From a virus (Duplodnaviria > Caudoviricetes), in the IMG/VR virus record IMGVR_UViG_3300030104_000540, positions 1 through 60,033 of that record: DNA of 60,033 bases. One strand, 5' to 3'. The position numbers and the translations under genes are program-made. Below are positions 34,743 to 44,985 of this stretch, in pieces. The notes under the pieces were generated by a model, which was not told where the DNA came from, did not search any database, and saw only the letters and a program-made list of their open reading frames with translations. Position 1 is the first letter of the stretch; every line of letters begins with the position of its first letter.

Positions 34743-36998
34743 CTATGAATGTGTATGTTCTGCATATTCTAATGTTACAGCATCTAATGAGTATGGAGCA
34801 TCTGTAGACTCTGACTCAAACTGTAGTGATGCTGTAAATCCTGATCCTGTAGTTTGTTCTTCAAATATACTTTTTAAACTTTCTCCACCATATGTTGAAG
34901 CTCCTACAGAGTTCACAGTTTTAAATGATACTTTTGTGTTGTCATCTAAACTAGAAGGTGTTGCAGGACTAAAAGTTAAATTACCTGCATTGCTTGTTAT
35001 AGAGGGTGTAGATGATAGTGTAAATACTGTGTGTACAAAACTAGCACCTGACCCTGTTCCTTGACCTGCAATTATAAATGTATCACCTGCAATTAAATCT
35101 GATGTAGATAAATTATCTACTGCAATAGTAGTAACACCTGAACTATAATCACTGCCATTATTTACTAACCCACCATGAGCAAACTGTACATTACCATATA
35201 GAGCCTGTACACTTGCAACTGATGTATTAGATAATGTTTTAGTTGCAGGTTGTATTATAGATGAATCAGAAAAATCATACTTTAAAGAAAAGTTAGAATT
35301 AAAACTACCCTGTGGGTCTGTAAATAAAAACATCTTATAAAAAGATTTTCTAACCCTAGGGTCAGTAATAGGAAAAAAAGGTGTAGCAAATGTAGATATT
35401 ATATTAGCACCATCAAAACTATTACCGTCTTCCATTCTATATACGTATCCATCTGTATGTGCAAACACAATTAATTCAGATGTACCATTGTAATTACTGT
35501 CTGCTACAAACGCTCTTATACCTCTAAGTTCACCCCAAGCTAAACCTTCTTGTAATTGTGTAGCCAACAAACCTTGTGAAGAAGTTGCAGTAATACTACG
35601 ATTAAAACCCAATATTCTGTATTGACTTTTTTCTCTAATAACTACACTTGCAAATGATGTATTTCTATTTACAAAGTTTGTTACTTCATCCTGTATTTGT
35701 TTAGAAGTAACAGCTAAACCAAAGTCACCTATCTTATCTGTAGCACTTAATGATCTTATACCATCAGGTCCTAAGAATAAAATGTCACCACCTATTTCTT
35801 GTATTGTGTCAGTTGCTACACACCCAATATCCATTGTAATAGGTTGTAATTGAAAGTCAGCTTCTGATGAACCTACAAGTCTTTGTATTCTTCTTTCACT
35901 AAATATAATTAGCTGTTCTCTAAATACAACAATGCCTGTAATTACATCGCCAACATTTATTGTACCTGCACCTGATGCTGCTGTAAAATCATCTGCTGTA
36001 AATAATGCAGTATACACTATATTAGAACCTTTTGCAAACATTATATGATTTTTAAAGTTTGCTACGTGGGTTGCTCCAATAACGTCTGAAGGTGCATTGT
36101 CTATTGATGTAAAGGTTGCTCCATCAAAAGTAAAAGGTTTGTTTATTTCATCTACACCAACTAAAGTTTCCGTGCCATTAAAATTAAAACTAGCAAATCT
36201 ATGCTTTGACATTAACGATCTATCAGATGATAGAAACGTAACTGCTGCATCGTCACTAGGAGAACTAGCAAGAGCAGGGTTTATATTTATTGTTGACCCA
36301 CCTGACGATACAGTTGCGTCTGCTGTTACTGTATAAACCTTTGCTATACCTGCTACTGTAAACGTGTCACCTGCTTGAGGTGCGGCAGTTAATCCATCTA
36401 TGGCTAATGTACTTCCTGTTTGTGACCCACCATTTACTAATACTGTTCCGTACACAGGTACATTTATTCTAGTCCAATTAGATGCAGAACCTGCTGACCT
36501 AAATAAGTTACCACCTCTTGCTACAACTGCTGTATCTTCAAAAGATGCTACACCTTCTATGTCTCCTGAACCTGTTACAAAAGTAACAGCAACTTGATCT
36601 GTTGCATTTGCTGCTAGATTAGGACTAAAACCTACTGTAACTCTTTTGTTTGCTGTTAAGTCTGTTGCATCTACAGAAGACACAGTATAAACTGTTGCAT
36701 TACCTGCCACTGTAAATGTGTCACCCACACTAGGAGACGAAAACATATTTGCTAAAACTATACTACTACCACCTGATGATACTGTTGTAGATACTTTAGG
36801 TTCACCATAAGGTGGCACTTGATTATCATCAAATTTTTGAAAACCTTCTATCCTTCTAAACCCACCTTGCACAGATGGTTCAAAGTTATTCAACACCCTA
36901 GCTGTGTTAGGTTGTCGTATACCATGCTGTAGTGGAGATAGATTAGATATTAATCCACCTTTAAATTCTAGAGGATATGTTTTCCATGTAGTAGGCAT
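34743..36998 (-). CDS. Tail nozzle / tubular protein B-like with three inserted beta domains
   Basis: GGL, NFEP, RRIEG N-terminus; DILFLGPDGIRSL; follows the adaptor gene. Confidence 0.75.
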   Translation of the reverse strand: MPTTWKTYPLEFKGGLISNLSPLQHGIRQPNTARVLNNFEPSVQGGFRRIEGFQKFDDNQVPPYGEPKVSTTVSSGGSSIVLANMFSSPSVGDTFTVAGNATVYTVSSVDATDLTANKRVTVGFSPNLAANATDQVAVTFVTGSGDIEGVASFEDTAVVARGGNLFRSAGSASNWTRINVPVYGTVLVNGGSQTGSTLAIDGLTAAPQAGDTFTVAGIAKVYTVTADATVSSGGSTININPALASSPSDDAAVTFLSSDRSLMSKHRFASFNFNGTETLVGVDEINKPFTFDGATFTSIDNAPSDVIGATHVANFKNHIMFAKGSNIVYTALFTADDFTAASGAGTINVGDVITGIVVFREQLIIFSERRIQRLVGSSEADFQLQPITMDIGCVATDTIQEIGGDILFLGPDGIRSLSATDKIGDFGLAVTSKQIQDEVTNFVNRNTSFASVVIREKSQYRILGFNRSITATSSQGLLATQLQEGLAWGELRGIRAFVADSNYNGTSELIVFAHTDGYVYRMEDGNSFDGANIISTFATPFFPITDPRVRKSFYKMFLFTDPQGSFNSNFSLKYDFSDSSIIQPATKTLSNTSVASVQALYGNVQFAHGGLVNNGSDYSSGVTTIAVDNLSTSDLIAGDTFIIAGQGTGSGASFVHTVFTLSSTPSITSNAGNLTFSPATPSSLDDNTKVSFKTVNSVGASTYGGESLKSIFEEQTTGSGFTASLQFESESTDAPYSLDAVTLEYAEHTHS

Positions 36999-37751
36999 TT
37001 ATAGTGAATCCAGTGATGAACCTGCGTTTGTTAAAGATGTTCCAACTCTACCTCTACCACCTGCAACAGGTGTCATGTAAGACCTAACATAAATATAGTT
37101 ATTATTTATTAGAAGTGAACGCATGTGTTTAATACCTTCATCAAACTTTTCTTTTGCTACAACAGCATCTTGTGTATTACCTCTAAATAAATATGCATAG
37201 TGCATTGCACCATCAACTATGATATGTTTAAATCTTTCAGGTACATTTGGTACATCATTGTGGTTCTCTAATTCTACAGCTATTCTGTAGTATTCATAAA
37301 CTAATTCATATGCCTTGTCAGGCAAGGGTTGTAGTATATATTCTAAAGACGGAGCGTATATAATAAATCTCGGAACTCCTTTTACAGGATCAGATTTATA
37401 TTCTTGATCAACATACTTTTCTAGGTATTCATTATATGCTAACTCTTTTAGTTTCATAGTTTGATTACCTAGTGTAGTGTTTTCTTTTATTCTAAAACTT
37501 CTAAAGTTAATTGTCTTTGCATCATCAGGAAATGGATATCTTGCTGTACTTGCTGTCAATGTATCTTCTTGAAGCACATGGTTATAGGGCCATTCATATT
37601 CTGATTGATTCATATATCTTATTGAAGCATTGACTGCATCTTTAGCTAAGTTATAAAAACCTGATGCAGTAGAAAAGTTAGTAGATGTTAACTCTACTTC
37701 ATTTAATCTTCTGTTTACATCATTTACAATTGATAAAAAATTATATGCCAT
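36999..37751 (-). CDS. Head-tail adaptor (tubular protein A-like)
   Basis: FLSIVNDV.RRLNE, EWP, PNVPERF. Confidence 0.78.
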   Translation of the reverse strand: MAYNFLSIVNDVNRRLNEVELTSTNFSTASGFYNLAKDAVNASIRYMNQSEYEWPYNHVLQEDTLTASTARYPFPDDAKTINFRSFRIKENTTLGNQTMKLKELAYNEYLEKYVDQEYKSDPVKGVPRFIIYAPSLEYILQPLPDKAYELVYEYYRIAVELENHNDVPNVPERFKHIIVDGAMHYAYLFRGNTQDAVVAKEKFDEGIKHMRSLLINNNYIYVRSYMTPVAGGRGRVGTSLTNAGSSLDSL

Positions 37752-38098
37752 TACTTATCTCTCACAGCTAGTTTAACACTTCTCTTTGCTGTACTTCCTG
37801 TACTATCAGTCATTGAACAAAAAAATGTGTACTCTCTATTTGCAGTACCACCTGCAATATTTATTGTTGCAACAGTTGTTGTGTTTGTTTGGGATATATT
37901 TTGTATGGTATCAGAAGTCGCACTACTAGATGCAGTGGCAAGAGTTTGTCCACTAGCTAGTGTAGTTTCAGTTCCATACTCAGTTGATTTTACAGACCAT
38001 GCAACACTACTTATAGTTGCTGTTCCTAAAAACCTAGACCAATCTACACTATAATCTAACTGTTCATCAGGGTCTTTAATGGGCCATCTGAATGACAT
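37751..38098 (-). CDS. Virion structural protein (KDPDEQLDYSVDW)
   Basis: Motif and tail context. Confidence 0.7.
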   Translation of the reverse strand: MSFRWPIKDPDEQLDYSVDWSRFLGTATISSVAWSVKSTEYGTETTLASGQTLATASSSATSDTIQNISQTNTTTVATINIAGGTANREYTFFCSMTDSTGSTAKRSVKLAVRDK

Positions 38099-38112
38099 TT
38101 AATCTAACTCCT

Positions 38113-38598
38113 CTATGCTGCTATTTTTATTGTTCTATCATCTGTTGATGATTGTCTTGCTACAAATGTTAATCTTATTTCCTCTTTTACATTTACTGTT
38201 CTTTCATCTGCTGTACTTTGTGCTTTAACATATACAACTCTTGATATAGCAAATTGATCTTTAACTGCACCAAAATCAAACTGAACACCTGTAGCAGTAA
38301 TTGTTCCTGCTGTAAACGTACCAACAGCACTAGCTAATGTTATGTCAGCATTTGCTGTTAGTGTAGGTGTTCCTATAGAACCTGTAGTTACTACACCTGT
38401 AGGTACTACAGCAACAACAGTTGTTACTGTTCCAATAGAAAGTGTTGCACCTACACCTGTTATGTTCTGAGCAGCTGATGATGCTACTACTGTAACTGTG
38501 CCTACTGCCGTTGTTCCTTGTACACCTACAGCAAAAGCTGTTGCACCTCCTGCTGCTCCAAAGGGTGCTTGAGAAAAAGATACAGATGAAAATGACAT
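38113..38598 (-). CDS. Thr/Gly/Val-rich virion protein
   Basis: FSQAPF N-terminus; beta-rich repeats. Confidence 0.65.
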   Translation of the reverse strand: MSFSSVSFSQAPFGAAGGATAFAVGVQGTTAVGTVTVVASSAAQNITGVGATLSIGTVTTVVAVVPTGVVTTGSIGTPTLTANADITLASAVGTFTAGTITATGVQFDFGAVKDQFAISRVVYVKAQSTADERTVNVKEEIRLTFVARQSSTDDRTIKIAA

Positions 38599-38600
38599 AG

Positions 38601-38897
38601 TTAACCTTTAGGGTATTTATCTTTTACTGCCTTAATAGTTGTTTTCCAACCATCAATTCCATTGTGGTATAAATCATCTAACTGATCTTTGATAGACGGA
38701 TAAGCCACTTCTCTATCTCTTTGATATTTGTTATTATCATAAATAGTTTGAAGCTCTGCTTGTTTGTCTGTAATTTGTTTTGTTGTTATATTAGTTGGAT
38801 TATCATCATGCCAAGTAATTTTATTTATGTCTTCATCATTTACACTGACTTGTGCATCTGATTTTATTGCTAAAATTGAATTTAAAATATCTGTCAT
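38601..38897 (-). CDS. Tail fibre assembly/chaperone-like protein
   Basis: YQRDR..YPSI.DQLD...IKAVKDKYPK. Confidence 0.7.
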   Translation of the reverse strand: MTDILNSILAIKSDAQVSVNDEDINKITWHDDNPTNITTKQITDKQAELQTIYDNNKYQRDREVAYPSIKDQLDDLYHNGIDGWKTTIKAVKDKYPKG

Positions 38898-39412
38898 CCT
38901 GCTATCTCCATTACTGTAATTGATGATGTATGTCTTGACGCATTGTCATTGTCTGTATCATAAAGAGTTAGTCCTACATACAGTGTCGTTGCTCTAATTT
39001 TTGCTTGAAGTTTATATGTTTGTTCAGAAGTAGAACTTGGTGAATCTAAAAATATAGATGTTCCTATGCCACCACTATATACACCATTATTGCTACCACT
39101 GCCATACAATCCTGTTGCAGTAAATCTTTGTCTACTACCAGCAGCATCACCTCTAAATATTTCAGTTGAACCTCTTAGCAAAGTAAAACCACCACCAGCA
39201 TCTCCCATTGTAATTGGACAATGAACTAATACTAAAACTTTGTTTGAAGTTGATGAAGGAGTAATATTTACAGTCATTCCTGTAATGTCAACAAAAGATG
39301 TGCTTGTAGTTGAGAACGTATCTTTTTTAACAGTTTGCACGGCTTGAATAACAGAACCAGTAGGTCTGGCTTTAGTTCCTAAAAGATTTGCTAAATTTCT
39401 TGCGTTACCCAT
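38894..39412 (-). CDS. Short tail fibre / receptor-binding domain protein
   Basis: GSVIQAV, ITPSSTSNKVLV, SSITVMEIAG. Confidence 0.7.
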   Translation of the reverse strand: MGNARNLANLLGTKARPTGSVIQAVQTVKKDTFSTTSTSFVDITGMTVNITPSSTSNKVLVLVHCPITMGDAGGGFTLLRGSTEIFRGDAAGSRQRFTATGLYGSGSNNGVYSGGIGTSIFLDSPSSTSEQTYKLQAKIRATTLYVGLTLYDTDNDNASRHTSSITVMEIAG

Positions 39413-39422
39413 ATTTTATTCC

Positions 39423-39704
39423 TTAACTCGGTTTCGTTGGAAAGGTTACGTTATCCAAATCCGATGCTTTAGTAATGTCTCTAAGCTCTTGTCTGTATTT
39501 TCGCCATGCAGTTGCATCACCACCACTATCTGTAAGTATATTTATTTTATAGTCTGCTTCTTCTAATAATGGTTTTCTAGTATCTCTTAAATTATCTTTT
39601 TTACGCTCGGTAGCACCATCAGCCCAAGTCTTTTCTTCAGCTTCTCTTGCTTTAACTTCGTCTGAAGTCATTTCTACTATTAAGTTATTAACCATTTTTT
39701 TCAT
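39423..39704 (-). CDS. Tail fibre assembly chaperone
   Basis: LRDTR..LL.EAD, WRKYRQELRDIT, FPTKPS. Confidence 0.8.
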   Translation of the reverse strand: MKKMVNNLIVEMTSDEVKAREAEEKTWADGATERKKDNLRDTRKPLLEEADYKINILTDSGGDATAWRKYRQELRDITKASDLDNVTFPTKPS

Positions 39705-40546
39705 TAGTCTTTAAACCCATAAAGTTTAACTGATCCAGAAGCAATGTCTCCACTGCTACAATAAAATCTAAATCCATTAACAACATTAGCAGCATTGGCT
39801 ACTATTAAACTACTACCAAAAACATTAGCAGCATGAACACCATTTGTATAAAAAGAATTTGACATACCAGTAATACAACATGATCTTGCTGTGTTATTTA
39901 CATTTTGTAAAGTTGCATTAATAGTAATTCCTTCTCCTGTAGCATTACCAAGTACGTAATAAGCAGGAATACCAAAATTGCTGGAAGTGTTATTATTTAA
40001 ATAAGAACTTGAACTTAAAACTGCTGCTTCTCTTCCATGTATTGAGCCAGTTTGAACTGTTCCACCTACAAATACTCGGAATTGTAAAGAAACACCATCA
40101 GTTGCTGGAAGAAACTCTGCTTGTATTAAATAATTATTATAGGTTGAATTGATGTATGTAGAATCTATATCATAAGCAGAAACAGCACTACTTATGGTTG
40201 CTGAAAGAAGATGATCTATACCAGCACCAGTTACATTTCCTGTAAACGCACCACCTGTTTTTGGCATAGCATCAGATAAAGCAAAAACATCATAGACTAC
40301 AATCATCACTTCATCAGATGCAGTAGCACCACTAGATAATGTAACTGTATTGGCTGTACTCGTATTATAATCTGCCGTGTCCAAAAGAACACCATTAAGA
40401 TATACGTCTACAAGTGAACCACTATCTATTTGAAGTGTTTTACTATCAAGATCACTACCAGTAAATGCAGTTTGACTACCACTAGCAGAGTAGCGATATC
40501 TTTCTCTTATACCAAATCCATCTGAACTTTTACCAATGTAACCCAT
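39704..40546 (-). CDS. Tail fibre-like protein
   Basis: YIG N-terminus, VYLNGVLL, C-terminal SGSVKLYG. Confidence 0.7.
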   Translation of the reverse strand: MGYIGKSSDGFGIRERYRYSASGSQTAFTGSDLDSKTLQIDSGSLVDVYLNGVLLDTADYNTSTANTVTLSSGATASDEVMIVVYDVFALSDAMPKTGGAFTGNVTGAGIDHLLSATISSAVSAYDIDSTYINSTYNNYLIQAEFLPATDGVSLQFRVFVGGTVQTGSIHGREAAVLSSSSYLNNNTSSNFGIPAYYVLGNATGEGITINATLQNVNNTARSCCITGMSNSFYTNGVHAANVFGSSLIVANAANVVNGFRFYCSSGDIASGSVKLYGFKD

Positions 40547-41148
40547 TATGCTTTTATTTCCATTACTGTTATGCTGTGTCTACCTCTTCCAGAAGCTGTT
40601 CCATTAGAGGGATAATTTATATATTGAGTAACAGAAGAACTAGAAGCAAATTGTAATTTATATGTTAGTTGATTTGTAGATGGTGCAGTATCTTGTAAAG
40701 AAAATGGTATTCCCAATAAAGTATGATCTAAAGATGCATAATCATCAGTATTCCAAAAGGCATCACTTCTTATATAATCACTATCTCCACTAGCAGTTGC
40801 ACCAACAAAAGCACCATTACCACCACCACTTGTTTCTGAACGATAACATCCAATCCCACCATTAGGATTAGAACCACTCCCTAAAAAAACTTTTCCTATA
40901 ATTAAAATTTTATTACTTGTTGCTATTGGTGTAATGTTAACTGTTAACCCAGTTATATCTGCCCAAGTTGTAGAAGCTGATAATGCTTGTTGTGTATCAG
41001 TTGTAGCTGTTTGCACTTGTAATACAGAACCAGATGGCATTTCATCTCTAACTGCGTTTGTAGCAAGTTTAGCTGTTGTGATTGATCCATCAGCTATGTC
41101 TGCTGTATCAACTACATTTTGTGTTATTACTGCTCCTACATACCCCAT
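40546..41148 (-). CDS. Short tail fibre protein, paralog of 38894-39412
   Basis: DGSITTAKLA, GSVLQV, ITP..TSNKILI, SITVMEI. Confidence 0.7.
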   Translation of the reverse strand: MGYVGAVITQNVVDTADIADGSITTAKLATNAVRDEMPSGSVLQVQTATTDTQQALSASTTWADITGLTVNITPIATSNKILIIGKVFLGSGSNPNGGIGCYRSETSGGGNGAFVGATASGDSDYIRSDAFWNTDDYASLDHTLLGIPFSLQDTAPSTNQLTYKLQFASSSSVTQYINYPSNGTASGRGRHSITVMEIKA

Positions 41149-41156
41149 TCTATCAC

Positions 41157-41492
41157 CTATGTGCTAATCGCATCTACTGCTGACACAACAACATCCATAG
41201 AGTTTGTTGCATCTGATTTTGCTCTTAACTTATCGCCTGATTGCAGAACTATCTTTGCACCACCATCTATAAGTTCTAATGATGAACCTGCAGGGATTGG
41301 TGCATTTTTAATTAAGTAAGCTGTAACATTATTTGAACTATCTGTTATAGCTACGTCAGCCGTTATCGTAGAAGTTGACGTGTTGGCTAATCGTATGCCA
41401 ACTATTGCATCGTCACTATTTGCTTGATCCCTTATATCTACTAACGAAGCATCTATATCTTTAGTTAGTTGCCGTTCAAAATCTTGTGCCAT
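41157..41492 (-). CDS. Virion structural protein, paralog of 44070-44420
   Basis: KIVLQSGDKL motif. Confidence 0.7.
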   Translation of the reverse strand: MAQDFERQLTKDIDASLVDIRDQANSDDAIVGIRLANTSTSTITADVAITDSSNNVTAYLIKNAPIPAGSSLELIDGGAKIVLQSGDKLRAKSDATNSMDVVVSAVDAIST

Positions 41493-41505
41493 TATATTCT
41501 CCTAT

Positions 41506-43629
41506 TCAAAGAGCAATCGCCATAGCTGTGGCGAACCCTTTTGATGCCGCAGCATCTATCTGTGTCTGTATTGCTGATGTTACACCATTTACATAGCCTA
41601 TTTCTGTAGATGTTGTAGTAGCTACTGATACATCACCACTACCATCAGACACCAAAGCTCTTCCAGTTGTAAGATTTTCCATCTTACTAAATGCTATTGC
41701 TGCACCTGATGCTACACTAGCGTTGACTACAGCGTTACTTGCTAACTGATCAGCACCTACGGCATCATCAGCTATCTTTTCCTGTGTAACATTATCATCA
41801 ACTATTGAAGCTGTTACTACGGCATCACTTGCTAATTGATCTGCACCTACGGCATCGTCTGCTATCATGGCTTGTTCTACTGCATCATTCGCTATTGTTA
41901 CTGCTCCTGCATCACTTGCAGTTGCATCACCTGACATTGCAGAATAAATATATTTTTTAACTCTTGTTAATTCAGATTTTACTTCTGTTCCACCTGCACC
42001 ATTATCAACAATAATTAAATCAGCATTTACTAAATCTTCACCAATATCACTTGCACCATCTATTTCTAATGCACTTAAAGCAACTTTACCTGCTGTAGAT
42101 ATTGTACTTAATAAACTATCACCAATACTACCTGCAAGTTTTGATGCAGCAATACTACCTGCTAACTGTGCATTTGTAATTGTTCCTGACAATGAACTTG
42201 TAGGATAATTAGTAGCATCAGCTAAATCAAAAGCAGGAGTAGCATCACTTGCTCCTAAATCTACGGATACTCCCCCAAAACTTACTGAGTCATTTGCTAG
42301 TTTACTATTAGCAATACTACCTGCAAGTTGTGCATTTGTAATTGTTCCTGATAAAGAACTTGTTGGATAGTTTGTAGCATCTGTTAAGTCAAAAGCAGGT
42401 GTAGTATCACTTGCACCCAATGCTAAAGAAATACCACCAAAGTTAATAGAAGAGTTAGCTAGTTTAGCATTTGCAATGCTACCTGCTAATTTATCATTAG
42501 CAATACTACCTGCCAACATTGTATTTGAAACTGATCCAGTATCTCCTGTACCAACTAATGTACCTGTTGTTGTTGGAAAACTAAGTAAGGCTTCAGTATG
42601 ATTAATTTTATTAGAACCAAGAACGATTGCATGATTACCCATGTAAGCATGGCTTGAACACTGATAGTATAATATGTTTGGTGTATCTTCATTTACTGCT
42701 ATTTGTAAATATGTACTAGTTGTTGTAACACCTGTTGTATATGCTGTAGTTTTATCTGCATCTAAATAAAGTCTAAACGGATGACTTGACATATCACTAG
42801 AGCTAAGAGTAAATCTGTAATAATACTCTGAATTAGATGTTACATTATCAACACCATGTAATGTTAAAGCAGGAGACTCAACACCATTTATAAAGTAAGC
42901 ACTACTGCTTCCATCTCCATAGTATGGGTGTGCCGCTGTTTTAGTTCCTACTGTAACTGTAAATTCTACAGGTGCTGAAGAACTGCCATATATACCTGCG
43001 TGTGTATCAGCAGAACTAACTCCTGCACTGATAACATCTTGTCCACCCATGTTTAAATCACTAGTTAATGTTCCAACGCTAGTTAAACTAGATGCTGTTA
43101 CTCCTGAGTTAAGTGTGCTACCTGTTAATGTTCCTGCCGCGGCTGTAACAGTTATATTTCCTGTTCCATCAAAACTTGTGCCGTTTATTGTTCTAGCTGT
43201 TTCTAAAGCAGTGGCTGTTGCAGCGTTGCCTGTTGTTGAGCCTGAACTACCACTTGTATTACCTGTAACATTACCTGTGATATTACCTACAAATGTTCCA
43301 TTAATATTATTACTTGCATCTTTAAACACTGCTTTATCAGCAGGATATGTTATAAATATTTCTCTAGTACCTGATGACCAACTAACTGCATTGTTAGAAT
43401 TAGAACTTGCAAGTATTGTTGTTCTTGCTAGTGTAGTACCTGAAGATGTAAAAGTTCCTATGCCTACTTCAAAGTCTGTACCATCTGTACATACATAGTA
43501 GGTAGTATCAGCATTAATTAAATTAGAAGTAAAGGTTTCAAAACCTGTTACTGCTCCTCCAAGTGTATACGTACCTGTACCTGTAGTGGTAGTGGTTTCT
43601 TTTACTCTATCTTTTACTACTAAAGCCAT
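41506..43629 (-). CDS. Long tail fibre
   Basis: DRVKETTTTTGTG N-terminus; ARTINGTSFDG; LYYQCSSH; C-terminal AMAIAL. Confidence 0.8.
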   Translation of the reverse strand: MALVVKDRVKETTTTTGTGTYTLGGAVTGFETFTSNLINADTTYYVCTDGTDFEVGIGTFTSSGTTLARTTILASSNSNNAVSWSSGTREIFITYPADKAVFKDASNNINGTFVGNITGNVTGNTSGSSGSTTGNAATATALETARTINGTSFDGTGNITVTAAAGTLTGSTLNSGVTASSLTSVGTLTSDLNMGGQDVISAGVSSADTHAGIYGSSSAPVEFTVTVGTKTAAHPYYGDGSSSAYFINGVESPALTLHGVDNVTSNSEYYYRFTLSSSDMSSHPFRLYLDADKTTAYTTGVTTTSTYLQIAVNEDTPNILYYQCSSHAYMGNHAIVLGSNKINHTEALLSFPTTTGTLVGTGDTGSVSNTMLAGSIANDKLAGSIANAKLANSSINFGGISLALGASDTTPAFDLTDATNYPTSSLSGTITNAQLAGSIANSKLANDSVSFGGVSVDLGASDATPAFDLADATNYPTSSLSGTITNAQLAGSIAASKLAGSIGDSLLSTISTAGKVALSALEIDGASDIGEDLVNADLIIVDNGAGGTEVKSELTRVKKYIYSAMSGDATASDAGAVTIANDAVEQAMIADDAVGADQLASDAVVTASIVDDNVTQEKIADDAVGADQLASNAVVNASVASGAAIAFSKMENLTTGRALVSDGSGDVSVATTTSTEIGYVNGVTSAIQTQIDAAASKGFATAMAIAL
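42149..42472. repeat. 162-bp (54-aa) tandem duplication in the tail fibre
   Basis: GCAATACTACCTGC at 42149 and 42311; PAFDL.DATNYPTSSLSGTITNAQLAGSIA occurs twice. Confidence 0.85.
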
Positions 43630-44067
43630 TTATGCTAACCTTATAATTGCGTCACTTGCATTTGCTGTTGGCATAGCCACTGTAAATGTACCTGCCGTAG
43701 ATGCTACTGTTCCACCAAAACTAATTACTGCTATTGCTCTGTTACTTGCACTTGAATTATATATCATTGCACCTGATGCAGATATAGTAGAGCTAGTAAA
43801 TTCAACATCTGCAAAATCTACAAAGGCAGTTGTACCACTTGTATCTATTACAACACTACCCAAAGTTGCACCACCACTAGAGTACCCTGTACCTGATGCT
43901 TCATCTGAATTGCCTGTTATGTCTGAATAGTTTGTGGATGTAGCGTTATATGTTCCTGATTCGCTTGATTTAATTAACGCTAATTTAAGAGTGTGTCCAT
44001 CAAGGTCATGTAAGCCTTGAAGTAACTCTTTTTTGAAAGTTGTTGTCATTGCAGTTGTGACTGTCAT
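43630..44067 (-). CDS. Virion structural protein
   Basis: FKKELL.G.H, GYSSGG, AIIRLA. Confidence 0.75.
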   Translation of the reverse strand: MTVTTAMTTTFKKELLQGLHDLDGHTLKLALIKSSESGTYNATSTNYSDITGNSDEASGTGYSSGGATLGSVVIDTSGTTAFVDFADVEFTSSTISASGAMIYNSSASNRAIAVISFGGTVASTAGTFTVAMPTANASDAIIRLA

Positions 44068-44069
44068 AT

Positions 44070-44420
44070 TTACCTCATTGGGTCAGGATATTCCTCAATA
44101 AAAGCTGAAACTTCTAAATCGTCTACAGCACTTGCCTGTGCCTTTATTATATCTCCTGACTCCAATATAATGTCTGCACTATCTAATCTTAAAAAATCAT
44201 CATTAGCAACTGTCTTAGTCTTAATAAGATTAAAAGTAGTAGATGCTGATGTGTCAGTAATTGCTATTGTTATATCTGTGCTATTTGTTGTATCAACATT
44301 ACAAATAAATATCTCTTTGATTACTGCTGTTTTGTTTGTAGGACATGTATAAAGTGTAGTAAGATCAGTTGAACTTAAATCTACAAAAGCGTTTAGTCTT
44401 CTTTTTACTTCAAATGTCAT
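44070..44420 (-). CDS. Virion structural protein
   Basis: LYTCP, ICNVD, ILESGD. Confidence 0.7.
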   Translation of the reverse strand: MTFEVKRRLNAFVDLSSTDLTTLYTCPTNKTAVIKEIFICNVDTTNSTDITIAITDTSASTTFNLIKTKTVANDDFLRLDSADIILESGDIIKAQASAVDDLEVSAFIEEYPDPMR

Positions 44421-44438
44421 ACTAAATTCCTAGTTATA

Positions 44439-44462
44439 AGAGGGCAAGTTTCCCTGCCCTCT
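44439..44462 (-). terminator. Stem-loop after the capsid genes, probable terminator or attenuator
   Basis: AGAGGGCAGG-GAAA-CTTGCCCTCT on the - strand; weak U tract. Confidence 0.6.
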
Positions 44463-44474
44463 ATTATATGTGAG

Positions 44475-44972
44475 TTACGCTAATGTATCTCTGTCTACTT
44501 CGTCAGCAGTCATTGTGCCAACGTCATCAATATCCAACAATGTAGCAAACATTCTGATTTTACCACCAGTTGTTGTGCCTGTCATTGCTTGAATTTCAAT
44601 GTCAAGTGTATCGGATGTTCCACCTACAATTACAGGACTGTATGCAGCAGGAGTAGGAGCATAAGTACCTACAGCTTTTGCATCAAAGACAAAGCCATCA
44701 ACAAAGTTGTCAAGGTCTCCACCTGTAATACCCAAGTCTAACGCTACATCAGTTGAAGTACCTGCATGTACTTCAGTAACTTCAAGACCTGCGTGTAAAA
44801 TAAGTGTGTTAGCAGGAATAGTTAATCCCGGAATAACATCATCAGCTGCAAGAGCAGTACCTTTATCTGTTACTGCTTGAGCAAAGTCTAGTGTATGCTG
44901 AACAAAGTAAGGTTGTCTACCTCTTGCACCCATACCTCTAGCAACGGAAGTTGTATTGTCGCCTAATGCCAT
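44475..44972 (-). CDS. Capsid decoration / minor capsid protein
   Basis: Directly after the capsid gene; beta-sandwich-like sequence. Confidence 0.65.
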   Translation of the reverse strand: MALGDNTTSVARGMGARGRQPYFVQHTLDFAQAVTDKGTALAADDVIPGLTIPANTLILHAGLEVTEVHAGTSTDVALDLGITGGDLDNFVDGFVFDAKAVGTYAPTPAAYSPVIVGGTSDTLDIEIQAMTGTTTGGKIRMFATLLDIDDVGTMTADEVDRDTLA

Positions 44973-44985
44973 AATCTAATCTCCC

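Noticed and set aside
32025-43629. Diversity-generating retroelement or invertible tail cassette
   Set aside because: No reverse transcriptase or invertase, and no adenine-specific repeat pair seen
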